Below, one piece after another: positions 41,078-49,840 of a stretch of DNA of 64,000 nt (the first letter of the stretch is position 1; each line of letters opens with the position of its first letter). Source of the DNA: an uncultured Thermoplasmata archaeon (lineage in GTDB: Archaea > Thermoplasmatota > Thermoplasmata > Halarchaeoplasmatales > Halarchaeoplasmataceae); contig CAZRSB010000002.1 of NCBI GenBank assembly GCA_964602715.1, positions 1,309 through 65,308 of the forward strand. Direction: 5' to 3'. Both the position numbers and the translations under genes were made by a program. The notes under the pieces were generated by a model. The model made no database searches. It had not been told where the DNA came from and saw only the letters and a list, made by a program, of their open reading frames with translations.

Positions 41078-41179
41078 CTACCCTCTTTGACAGTCCACTA
41101 ACAATTACGGATTTTTCGGTATGGTTTTGGCTTCCATCATCAATCATGTTGATTTCTTAATCATCAAGATCTATCTTTA

Positions 41180-41515
41180 TCATCTTTGCGCATAGATCTC
41201 CTCCGACTTTCCTAAAACCTCGTCTCTAAAGTATCTACTCAGATCTTTCGGAGTTCTTAGGTCTACTTCTCTATCCCCCAAAATAGATGATAAATCCTCC
41301 TCCATCTGTACCAACTCGAAAAATCCGGGTTTGTGCTGGGGCTCAAACCATACTAGTATATCTATGTCACTTTCATCATCAAAATCTTCTCTTAAGACTG
41401 AACCGAACATAGAGATCTTTTTTATATTGTTTTTTTTACAGAAGCTGATTATCTGGTCTTTGTGTTCGTCTATGATCTTCTTAATATCCGGATGGATTTT
41501 CAGTTCGATTCCCAT
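41180..41515 (-). CDS. minimal nucleotidyltransferase (Pol-beta superfamily, MNT-type) with no adjacent HEPN partner
   Basis: ISMFGSVLREDFDDESDIDILV matches the GS...D.D NTase motif; 111 aa. Confidence 0.75.
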   Translation of the reverse strand: MGIELKIHPDIKKIIDEHKDQIISFCKKNNIKKISMFGSVLREDFDDESDIDILVWFEPQHKPGFFELVQMEEDLSSILGDREVDLRTPKDLSRYFRDEVLGKSEEIYAQR

Positions 41516-41579
41516 CTTATTAATCTATAATTATTACATAAAAGGTATAAAAGAATTGGCTTGATGTACCCCGTTGGTT

Positions 41580-42480
41580 TCGGTTTTACTAAACATATGT
41601 CCATATCCGATCTTTAGAGGGAGATAGACAGAAGCCCCCCTCCGTTCAGGGAGGGGGATGAATCCTCAGGAAAGAATTTCCTGCTCTCACTCAGCAGGTG
41701 TGCATCGTGATGTCGTGATGTGTGAAAACACACCTTCTACATCTCCACTTTCACTTACCCCCTCCTTCAACCTTTAAATACCTTGAAACAGGTATGTAAA
41801 ATGGTACTTGACGGCTGGTATATCCTGCCCGAAAGTCAAGTCCTGCTTCGCTGGTAAAACAGGTCAAGAGACGCAGGAATCAGAGCTTCCTTCTTTTCTT
41901 CGGAAATCGAAGATTTCCTGTGAAGCAGGCGGGAGTTGGCCCTGAAAAGACAGGGCGTGAAGTTGACCCAACTCTCCCGAAAGGGATGTTGTCTGTTCGA
42001 GAGGGCAGATGACAGAACTCTACAGGAAAGGATTTCCAGTGCTCACTCAGCAGGTGTGCTTCGTGAAGCATATGATTGGGCGTATGTCCTTTCAGGCCGT
42101 GCCTGATGCAGTCCGTGACTGTGTGGACGACAGCCCTTGAGTGCTGAACCTTGTAATCCGCAGAAAGACTTAGTCTTTCGAAGTAATCGAAGCTTACTTT
42201 TCTCACTCAACAATTATGTTTCGTGATTCGAAGGAGAGACGGAATGTTCTCATTCCTACGAAGCTTCCTTGCATCCGCAACAACAGTGAGGATGAAGAGG
42301 ATCGAGAAGAATCGAATTCCCCACCACACCGAAGGTGCAGGCGTCTCCAGTAATGGAACGTCCTCATGGTGAACGAACTGGAAGCCCGATGCCTTTAGGC
42401 GTCGGGAGGAGGTCACAAGATAATTGATCTTATCTTTTTTACGGCGCTCTTTTTTAACTTTTGATTTTTTAAATACCAAT
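41580..42480. ncRNA. GC-rich, apparently non-coding ~0.9-kb island with an internal ~45-nt repeat and strong hairpins; candidate structured RNA(s) of unknown identity
   Basis: Local GC is clearly above the flanking AT-rich DNA. Hairpin CCCCCTCC-GTTCA-GGGAGGGGG at ~41634-41656. Two copies of caggaaag(a/g)atttcc(t/a)g(c/t)gctcactcagcaggtgtgc(a/t)tcgtga at ~41667-41711 and ~42022-42068. The only ORFs here (41880..42206 and 42207..42479, minus strand) encode basic, non-acidic peptides unlike every real protein in the window. Confidence 0.3.
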
Positions 42481-42564
42481 AATTCTATTTAAGCTAGAAA
42501 GCTTCTTTTTTGAAGAAGGAACCTTTCTCCTTGGCTAGGAATTTAAAGAGTCACCTCTATGATA

Positions 42565-43002
42565 TCATCCTGGAAAGGTATCTTTTATATCTCCAATGCT
42601 CATCATCCTTTCATCGGGTATCTCCTGTCCTTTTACGTATACCGGTCTTTCAACTTTTTTCCTTTTCTTTTTTTTAGACTTTTTTGATTCCGTTTCGTAC
42701 CACCGCCAAATTCTAGTTACATGATCAACTCTAACATAGACTTCTTCAAGATTTACCTTTGTCCAATCTATGTAACCTATTTTTTGTTCTTTTTCGATAT
42801 CTTTTCTTGTTTCACCAGATTTTTGCGAAATAGCTTTCCAGTTGATTTTTTTTGCAGGCGCTTGGTAGACCTCTTTTAGTATTATAGTGTTTTTATCAAA
42901 ATCAACTAATTTTCCCAAAAAGGCAAGTCCGTCATCCATCACTACGAGAATGTCTTTATCATTCAAATCTTTCAATTTCTTTTCTAACAATTCATCCAAC
43001 AT
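42565..43002 (-). CDS. Sm-like (LSm) domain protein with a lysine-rich C-terminal extension
   Basis: KDILVVMDDGLAFLGKLVDFDKNTIILKEV fits the Sm1/Sm2 fold pattern. C-terminal KKSKKKKRKKVERP basic tract. Confidence 0.5.
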   Translation of the reverse strand: MLDELLEKKLKDLNDKDILVVMDDGLAFLGKLVDFDKNTIILKEVYQAPAKKINWKAISQKSGETRKDIEKEQKIGYIDWTKVNLEEVYVRVDHVTRIWRWYETESKKSKKKKRKKVERPVYVKGQEIPDERMMSIGDIKDTFPG

Positions 43003-43102
43003 ATAATCCCTCTTAAACTATTATATCGATGTTGCGGTATATCAAATTTACTCAAGATTTTTCTATTTCAAAAATCCATTAAAATGTCTTAATCTTTCAC
43101 AC

Positions 43103-44377
43103 TTATTGATGATATGCCGCTATAGCTCCAAACGCCATTGCTTTTTCCTCTAAAACATCTATTTTCTCACTAAGGTCAAAAGCTTCTTTTTGAAATCCAA
43201 CTTGTATCAAGCTTTTAACCAATTCTAATTTGATAGAATCACTATCTGTTTTTTTCCCTTTTTTAAGAGCCTGAAGTGTTCTCTCTCTCGATTTCTTTAT
43301 TCGATTGTTTTTCATGTATATTTCAGCCAATTCCAATTCTGAAAAAATCTTTAATTGGTTATCTGCAATACTATATATGAACTCCTCTGCTTTTTCGTAT
43401 TCTTCTATTTGAGCATAGTATATCGCTATTTTTTTTGATGCCAGATCTTTTTCAAAGGAGGATTCGATATCACGATAATAATCCATGGCTTTATCGATTT
43501 CATCTCTTTTTAAATAATTCTCTACTAAGGATTCGATCGCTGAGTCCCTTATGTTTTTATTATCTATATGCCTCAAAAGCGAACCGGCCTTTCTAAAAAA
43601 ACCTTCATTAGAATATGTCTCAATGATATCAGCTAATTGAAGATTTTTTTCCTCTTGAGACTTCAGATGAGAGGTCAACTCATCCGCTTTATTTATCCTG
43701 TTCAGTATTATAGAAGCATTGACTAAACACGTTTTGATCCAAGGTATATCGTTATTCTTTTTTATATCTTCTTTTTCGACCAGCTCTATAGTTTTTTTAA
43801 AAAGATCGTCTATATCTTCTATCTCAACTTTAGCTCCTGTTTCTACGCAGAGTGCTATAGGAAATATGTCTTTGTTTTCTTCTGCTATCGTCAATGCTTT
43901 TTCGACAATGTTATTTAATTCTATTCTAGCTTTTTCTTCATAACCTGCTTCAATTTGGTCTTCAACTATATGAATCGCGGTTATCACTCTTTTTTCTTCT
44001 CTTTCTATCTCATTTACGGTATTGAACGCTAATTCGTGAATATTATCTGCAAGGTCATGAAAGTTTCTCTTACCAAATACCGATGCTAAATTTGAAAGTG
44101 TTTTGCACCTTTCTTCTAGATCATCGATCTTTTTTGCATATCTCATGGATTCTAGTCCCATCTTTTTACCTAGATAAATTCTTTTATTCTCAAACATCAT
44201 ATCGGTAATCCAAGCTAGGACCAATGATTTACTTGAGTTAGGAGAGATTGAATGTAGGATTTCAAGAGTTTCTTCAAGAGCTATACCTATTGGAACTTTA
44301 TCTTTCTTCTTAGAAAGATTTTTAGCAATTTTTTTGATTGTGATATCATCGTCTTTCAGATTTGCAAACTCATTCAT
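43103..44377 (-). CDS. hypothetical alpha-helical repeat protein (TPR/HEAT-like)
   Basis: 424 aa, predicted all-helical with repeated ~35-aa amphipathic units; no catalytic motifs recognised. Confidence 0.3.
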   Translation of the reverse strand: MNEFANLKDDDITIKKIAKNLSKKKDKVPIGIALEETLEILHSISPNSSKSLVLAWITDMMFENKRIYLGKKMGLESMRYAKKIDDLEERCKTLSNLASVFGKRNFHDLADNIHELAFNTVNEIEREEKRVITAIHIVEDQIEAGYEEKARIELNNIVEKALTIAEENKDIFPIALCVETGAKVEIEDIDDLFKKTIELVEKEDIKKNNDIPWIKTCLVNASIILNRINKADELTSHLKSQEEKNLQLADIIETYSNEGFFRKAGSLLRHIDNKNIRDSAIESLVENYLKRDEIDKAMDYYRDIESSFEKDLASKKIAIYYAQIEEYEKAEEFIYSIADNQLKIFSELELAEIYMKNNRIKKSRERTLQALKKGKKTDSDSIKLELVKSLIQVGFQKEAFDLSEKIDVLEEKAMAFGAIAAYHQ

Positions 44378-44488
44378 TGGCTTAGATTTAAGATGGTTTT
44401 TGACCCTTTTAAATCTTGTTTTCTAGATCCTACGAACTTCAGATATATGATGCACAAATTTATTAAAGCATTAATTTTACTTTGGACT

Positions 44489-45982
44489 ATGTCTACTTAT
44501 GAAGAAATGCTGGAGATATCCAGCCAGTTAAGAAATTTAGCTAGAGCAATTTCATTATTATCCTGGGATGAAAGAACTTATCTTCCCGAAGGAGCTTTAG
44601 AAGGTAGGTCTGAAACCAAAGCAGAACTATCCCAGATGTACCATAAAAAATTGACATCTGATAAAACAAAAAGGGTCGTGGAAGAGCTGAATAAAGAATC
44701 AGTTCAGGCCGAATTGAATGAAAAGGAGAAAGCGGCAGTAAGAGAGATGACAAGAGACTTTGAAAGGAGATACGAAGTTCCAGAAGAATTGATAAAAGAG
44801 ATGTCAAAAGTCTCTACTAAAGCACAATCTGCTTGGGAAAAAGCTAGGGAAAAATCTGATTTTGAGATGTTTTTACCTCACTTAGAGAAACAGATCGAAC
44901 TAAAGAAAAAAATGGCGGAACACATAGGTTATGAAAACGAACCTTACGATGCTTTGGTAGATGAGTATGAGCCTGGATTTACAGCAAAGAAAATCGAAAA
45001 AGTCTTTGAACCTATGAAAAAAGAATTGACTTCTATCGCTACAGAAATATTTTCGAAAGACGATCCTGGGGAGAATATCTTTGAAGGTAAGAAGTTTGAT
45101 ATAGAAACGCAGAAAAAGATCTGCAGAGAGATAGCTGACCAATTTGGGTATGATTTTGGTCATGGAAGGTTGGACAACGCAGTACATCCTTTTACTATAG
45201 GTATGGATGATGATGTGAGGATAACTAACAGATACAATGAAGATAATTTGAATTCATTGTTCAGCTTGATGCATGAAACAGGTCATGCATTGTATGAACA
45301 GGGGATACCTGAAGAATTGTATGGTCATCCTCTGGGAAAGGGGATATCCATGGGATATCATGAATCGCAGTCCAGATTATGGGAAAATTTTGTTGGTAGG
45401 AGCCCTGAATTCATCGAGTACTTATTCCCTAAACTTTGTGACCATTATCCTAGATTGGAAGATCATAGTAAAGAAGGATTCTATGAAAGAATAAACAGAG
45501 TGAAACCTACATTTATCAGAGTAGAAGCTGATGAGGTCACCTACAATTTACATATCGCATTAAGGTTTGATATCGAGCTGGCCATGTTTAGGGACAAAAT
45601 TGAGCCGGAAGAGGCAAGAACAGTCTGGGAAAACAAAATGGAGGAGTATTTGGACATAGTACCAGAAGATCCAGCAAAAGGGGTCCTTCAGGACGTGCAT
45701 TGGTCCGCAGGACAATTCGGTTACTTCCCATCCTATGCTCTAGGTAACCTATATGCTGCCCAGATATTCAATGAAATTCATGAGGAAATAGATGGACTAG
45801 GAGATAAAATTAGAGAAGGAGATTTTGATGAGTTAAGAAGATGGTTACGTCAAAATATACATCAATATGGTAGAAAGTATCGGGCTAAAGAGATCACTAA
45901 AAGACTGACAGGGGAAAGTCTTAATGAAAAATACCATATCGAATACTTAAAAGATAAATATGGAAGTATCTACAATATATAA
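44489..45982 (+). CDS. M32 carboxypeptidase (carboxypeptidase Taq family)
   Basis: HETGHALYEQG (HExxH), YHESQSRLWEN, IRVEADEVTYNLHI and GVLQDVHWSAGQFGYFPSY are all M32 signature motifs. The ORF track starts at 44393, but the likely start is the MSTYEEML methionine at 44489. Confidence 0.85.
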   Translation: MSTYEEMLEISSQLRNLARAISLLSWDERTYLPEGALEGRSETKAELSQMYHKKLTSDKTKRVVEELNKESVQAELNEKEKAAVREMTRDFERRYEVPEELIKEMSKVSTKAQSAWEKAREKSDFEMFLPHLEKQIELKKKMAEHIGYENEPYDALVDEYEPGFTAKKIEKVFEPMKKELTSIATEIFSKDDPGENIFEGKKFDIETQKKICREIADQFGYDFGHGRLDNAVHPFTIGMDDDVRITNRYNEDNLNSLFSLMHETGHALYEQGIPEELYGHPLGKGISMGYHESQSRLWENFVGRSPEFIEYLFPKLCDHYPRLEDHSKEGFYERINRVKPTFIRVEADEVTYNLHIALRFDIELAMFRDKIEPEEARTVWENKMEEYLDIVPEDPAKGVLQDVHWSAGQFGYFPSYALGNLYAAQIFNEIHEEIDGLGDKIREGDFDELRRWLRQNIHQYGRKYRAKEITKRLTGESLNEKYHIEYLKDKYGSIYNI

Positions 45983-45988
45983 ATAGGA

Positions 45989-46465
45989 TCAATCTGGCTT
46001 TACCATCCTTTTGCTGAGTTCCTTAAAGTGTTTCTGAATGGTTTTCTGAAACTCTTCTAAAGTATCTATTAGAAGAGGAGAGATTTTCTGTTTGATACTC
46101 TTCCAAATATATTCGATAGGATTGAGATCTGGAGAATAGGGCGGTTGAAAGACTAAGATAATGTTGAGTTGATCAGCCCTTTCCCTGGTCTTGTTTGCCC
46201 AGTTACGTTTTGGACCGCCGTCATAATCAGGTTTTAGTCTTTCAATATCAAATTCATCTTCGTTCCATTCTTCTAACCAGTTGTACCCAGTACCTTTTGT
46301 AACCCCCACTTCATCTGCAGCATCTGGAACACTTTTTCCTTCATATAGATGGCGTATGAACATCAGCTTTCGAAGGACTTTTGCTTCTAATTTTTTATCT
46401 TGAATTTTCTCATCTAGTTTCTTTTTTGATATCCACTTTTTGAGATCTTTCGTTCTCGATTTCAT
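45989..46465 (-). mobile_element. internally deleted IS630/Tc1-mariner-family transposase remnant
   Basis: 158-aa ORF with an N-terminal HTH-like region and the C-terminal family signature LVFQPPYSPDLNPIEYIWKSIK, but without the central DD catalytic region. The frame is intact but too short to be a functional DDE transposase. Confidence 0.6.
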
Positions 46466-46512
46466 AGAATAGATAATTAATCAATAATCTATTCACAAGA
46501 TATATTTACAGA

Positions 46513-46803
46513 TCATTTTTTCTTTTGAAAGTACCACTTGTACAGTAAAGCCATGTCTTTAGGAAATAATGCTAATCTGTCCCCATCTTTTATTTTTCTT
46601 TCATGGTGTGAATACTCTCTATTCAAAAAGATATGGCTTACTTCATCCAAATCCACGCTTAAATACTTCAAAACGTCTGAGATCGTTTCTAAAGCTTTAA
46701 GATCATTTTCGTATATTTCATAAATGCCTATACTAGATTCAATTTTCTCCGTACTTTCTACATATCTCTTCAGATCCCCATACAAAATAACTTTGATTGC
46801 CAT
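46513..46803 (-). CDS. MoaD/ThiS-like beta-grasp protein that does not end in Gly-Gly
   Basis: 96 aa, MAIKVILYGDL...IKDGDRLALFP resembles a ThiS/MoaD fold followed by a 15-aa extension (KDMALLYKWYFQKKK). Lies immediately upstream of a bona fide GG-ended paralog. Confidence 0.4.
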   Translation of the reverse strand: MAIKVILYGDLKRYVESTEKIESSIGIYEIYENDLKALETISDVLKYLSVDLDEVSHIFLNREYSHHERKIKDGDRLALFPKDMALLYKWYFQKKK

Positions 46804-46808
46804 ATTTT

Positions 46809-47087
46809 TTATCCGCCCCCAACAGAAGGAAACACAGAAATACTGTCTTCAGGTTTTAGTTCTGTATCTAATCCATCGAGATAGATTATATTCCTTCCAT
46901 CTTTTATGACAGTTATGTTCTCTTTTAATTCTTCGTTATCTCTAGATTCAAATATCACGTCTTCTAGTTCTTCGAATTCAGATACAAGCTCCTCAAGCGC
47001 TTCTTTCACATCACTTGCTTCGAATTCTAGCTCCCCAGTACCTGTCTTTTTTCTTAGGGTTGCAAACAATTTTATTTTCACAGTCAT
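46809..47087 (-). CDS. MoaD/SAMP-like ubiquitin-fold small protein ending in Gly-Gly
   Basis: 92 aa, MTVKIKLFATLRKK...SISVFPSVGGG. Classic MoaD/ThiS/SAMP architecture with a C-terminal diglycine. Confidence 0.7.
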   Translation of the reverse strand: MTVKIKLFATLRKKTGTGELEFEASDVKEALEELVSEFEELEDVIFESRDNEELKENITVIKDGRNIIYLDGLDTELKPEDSISVFPSVGGG

Positions 47088-47110
47088 GTTTAAAAAAATA
47101 AAAAAGAGTT

Positions 47111-48829
47111 TTATTTTTGTTTGAATACTTTATCTAACTCCACGTCTGATACATCGAACACTTCGTTGTGTGGCGGTAACTTTTCATCTTTCATGTAGTC
47201 TGGGAGTCTATCGTCTTCTTTAGAGAACCCTGCTTTTTGGTTGAATTCTCGTTCGGTCTCTAGTACTTTTTTACCGAATTCCATCACATCTTCTATTGAA
47301 TGATCTGTACCTAAAACTCCATTTACTGTATCTACAACACCTTCCATACCCTCATCAATGTCCATCGTAGCAAAAGCTATGAATAAGCAATAACCAGCGC
47401 TATCAATTGCCGCAGTCGCCTGCTGTAAGGTTCTAGAGAGGTCTGCTTTTTCTTTTCCCATTGGATCTACTTCGCCTCCGACTCCGAGGATCTCAGGAGC
47501 TATGGCATAACCTGCAGTATGATCAGCTCCCATAGGTGTTGTTGCGTATGTCACACCTATACCTTTGATAGCTCTCGGATCGTAAGCTGGCATAGATTGA
47601 CCTTTTACCGTTGGAACTCTGTCAACACCAAAAGCTTCAGCAGTGAATTCAGCACCGTTCGCCAATATTCTTCCTAAAGCACTCTTATCATAAATCTCGT
47701 CCATCATTTCGAGGGCTTTTTCACCGTCACCGAAATCTAATAGGCCTCCTTCCATAGCTACTGCAAGGGTATTACCCATCTCTATGGTGTCAAGGCCTAG
47801 ATCATTACATGCTCGATTCAATTCACCTATTGTGTCCAGATCGTAAATGTCGCAATTAGGTCCAAGAGCCCATATAGATTCATATTCTAAAACTCCTACT
47901 GGATCGGAACCATCTTCTTTTGTCCATATTTCTGAACATTGTATTATACAGCTTGGACTACATTTGTGAGGATTTTCTCCACCTCTTTCCTCTATCAGTT
48001 CAGCTTTTCTTTCTCCTGAGACTTCTGCTGACCGATCATCACTTCCTTCAGAGAAATTTCTTTGAGGTAGCCCACCGCTCTCATTTATTATGTTGACGAG
48101 AACTGCAGTTCCATAAGAATACAATGCCCCTTTTGGTTTGGTAATATCATGTTCAGCTAAAGCGTTGGCTAACTTCTTTTTGCCTTCTTTGAAAGTCTCT
48201 TCATCTTCTATCTCTATTTGATTTTCTTCAGGTTCTTCAGAAACGATAAATTTAAGTCCACGAGTTGCCATGACAGCTCCTAGGCCTCCTCGTCCTGAAT
48301 ATCGGGAAGACATGCCTTCGGGGTCTGTGTAAGAAATACCAGCATTAGATGCACCCAATTCAGCAGCTATACCTGCCCCTGCTATTTCTATATCCTCTCC
48401 GAATTCATACCGCAGCTCTTCATAGGCATTATAAAGTCCTTCTCCGACCCATTGTTTAGCATCGAAGATTTCCGCCTCACCATTTCCTATTTTAAGGATA
48501 TAGTACTTATCTTCTTTGGGCTTACCTTCGACTATCAATGCTTTAATACCATTTCTAGCTAAAGATCTAGCAAAAGGTGTTCCTGCATTCGATTCTTTTA
48601 TCCCGCCTGTCAAAGGAGATTTTCCTCCGGCAGATATCCTTCCGGAGTTCGGTGAACCCGTGCCGGTTACGATCCCAGGAGCTAAAATCAATTTATTTTT
48701 AGGTCCCAAAGGATGTGCTTTTGGAGGTACTTCGTCGGCGATTATCTGTGATGTTAGAGCTCTTCCACCAAGCTCTTTGTAATCCTCTGGAACTTCTTCA
48801 CTAGTGATCTTTAAATTTTTCATATCCAC
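47111..48829 (-). CDS. aor: aldehyde:ferredoxin oxidoreductase family enzyme (tungsto/molybdopterin-dependent AOR)
   Basis: 572 aa. N-terminal AOR domain (GGRALTSQII...KLILAPGIVTGTGSPNSGR...KSPLTGG) and C-terminal AOR domain; size and motifs match the AOR family. Confidence 0.85.
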   Translation of the reverse strand: MDMKNLKITSEEVPEDYKELGGRALTSQIIADEVPPKAHPLGPKNKLILAPGIVTGTGSPNSGRISAGGKSPLTGGIKESNAGTPFARSLARNGIKALIVEGKPKEDKYYILKIGNGEAEIFDAKQWVGEGLYNAYEELRYEFGEDIEIAGAGIAAELGASNAGISYTDPEGMSSRYSGRGGLGAVMATRGLKFIVSEEPEENQIEIEDEETFKEGKKKLANALAEHDITKPKGALYSYGTAVLVNIINESGGLPQRNFSEGSDDRSAEVSGERKAELIEERGGENPHKCSPSCIIQCSEIWTKEDGSDPVGVLEYESIWALGPNCDIYDLDTIGELNRACNDLGLDTIEMGNTLAVAMEGGLLDFGDGEKALEMMDEIYDKSALGRILANGAEFTAEAFGVDRVPTVKGQSMPAYDPRAIKGIGVTYATTPMGADHTAGYAIAPEILGVGGEVDPMGKEKADLSRTLQQATAAIDSAGYCLFIAFATMDIDEGMEGVVDTVNGVLGTDHSIEDVMEFGKKVLETEREFNQKAGFSKEDDRLPDYMKDEKLPPHNEVFDVSDVELDKVFKQK

Positions 48830-48970
48830 CCTTAATATATTTTTAGTAATCTTACCACCTCTTGGCGTTATAATATTTTAATAAGTTAAATATCTTTTGG
48901 GACTATTTAATTTCTTGAATCTTATCAAAATAACTCAAAAATATATATAACAAGATGTCCATTACATTAT

Positions 48971-49813
48971 TTGATGTTTCCCGATAAGGTAGTTCTGGCT
49001 TATGATTTTTCTGAAGCTATGGATAATCTATTAAAGAGACTCAAAGATCTAAAAAAATTAGGGATAAGGGAAGTTTTTATCTTACATGTTTCAGATATAA
49101 CTAAGAGCGGTGCACATGGTCAAATCGGGAGGGAAAACCGCAGTGAAAAATTGAGTACTGTAAGAGCAGAGGTCAAGAAGATGGGTTTTGATAATGTAGA
49201 TAAAGATGTACTATTAGGTTTTCCTTCTGAAGAGATTCCTAAATATGCAAAAAGAAAGGATGCGATGATATTGATCGGTTCTCATGGTCGAGGAGTGATC
49301 AAAAAGGTATTTTTGGGAGGAACTGCTTATGAAGTTATAAGAAAAGCTAAAACACCAGTATTGGTCGAGAAAGTTAGGGAAAAAAACCCTCCCGAAGACA
49401 TAACCAAAAAGATTATTTTACCTACTGATTTTTCAGAAGAATCAGAAAGGTTGATAGAGTTACTTGAAAAATCACCGGTCTCTTTTAGGGAGATATTTCT
49501 ACTTTCTGTGATAGAGAGAGGAGAGACCAGGCAAGAATTGGAAGAAAGAAGAGAGAAATTAATGTCTCAACTTGAAGATCTAAAAAGGAGATTAAGATCT
49601 ACTGATAAATTTGAAGCTGTAGATTATAGTGTAGAAGAAGGAGCAGCCTCGAGAATGATCTCGTCTAATGCTAGATCTCAAGGAGCTAGTATGATCTGTA
49701 TGATAAGTAGAAAGAGAACAGGTATCAAAGAGATGTTGATAGGTACAACTGCTAAAGAAGTAACTCGATTGTCCTCAGTGCCTATACTCCTAGTGCCCGG
49801 AGAAACTTTATGA
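48971..49813 (+). CDS. tandem universal stress protein (UspA) domain protein
   Basis: Two USP repeats, each ending G(S/T).G......lG..a..V...a..PVL(V/L)V (LIGSHGRGVIKKVFLGGTAYEVIRKAKTPVLVE; LIGTTAKEVTRLSSVPILLVP). Confidence 0.75.
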   Translation: MMFPDKVVLAYDFSEAMDNLLKRLKDLKKLGIREVFILHVSDITKSGAHGQIGRENRSEKLSTVRAEVKKMGFDNVDKDVLLGFPSEEIPKYAKRKDAMILIGSHGRGVIKKVFLGGTAYEVIRKAKTPVLVEKVREKNPPEDITKKIILPTDFSEESERLIELLEKSPVSFREIFLLSVIERGETRQELEERREKLMSQLEDLKRRLRSTDKFEAVDYSVEEGAASRMISSNARSQGASMICMISRKRTGIKEMLIGTTAKEVTRLSSVPILLVPGETL

Positions 49814-49840
49814 ACAACTATAACTTAAAAAATAGATTTT

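Noticed and set aside
40887-41147. 86-aa minus-strand ORF overlapping the tRNA-Arg gene
   Set aside because: It overlaps a well-folded tRNA on the opposite strand and has no start context. Spurious.
41880-42479. Two consecutive minus-strand ORFs (108 and 90 aa) inside the GC-rich island
   Set aside because: The encoded peptides are basic/neutral and Cys/His/Arg-rich, unlike the uniformly acidic proteome. No motifs were seen. More likely the translation of a structured RNA or decayed DNA, so they are treated as non-coding.
44393-44488. The 32 N-terminal codons of the M32 carboxypeptidase ORF as annotated by the ORF track
   Set aside because: That N-terminal extension (MVFDPFKSCFLDPTNFRYMMHKFIKALILLWT) is hydrophobic and non-acidic and precedes a much better start (MSTYEEMLEI...) that matches M32 N-termini. 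It is probably an over-extended ORF rather than a signal peptide.
45983-46512. Possibility of an intact, active IS630 element
   Set aside because: The transposase ORF is only 158 aa and lacks the central DD region. I could not find convincing terminal inverted repeats flanking it. It is therefore called a remnant rather than an active insertion sequence.
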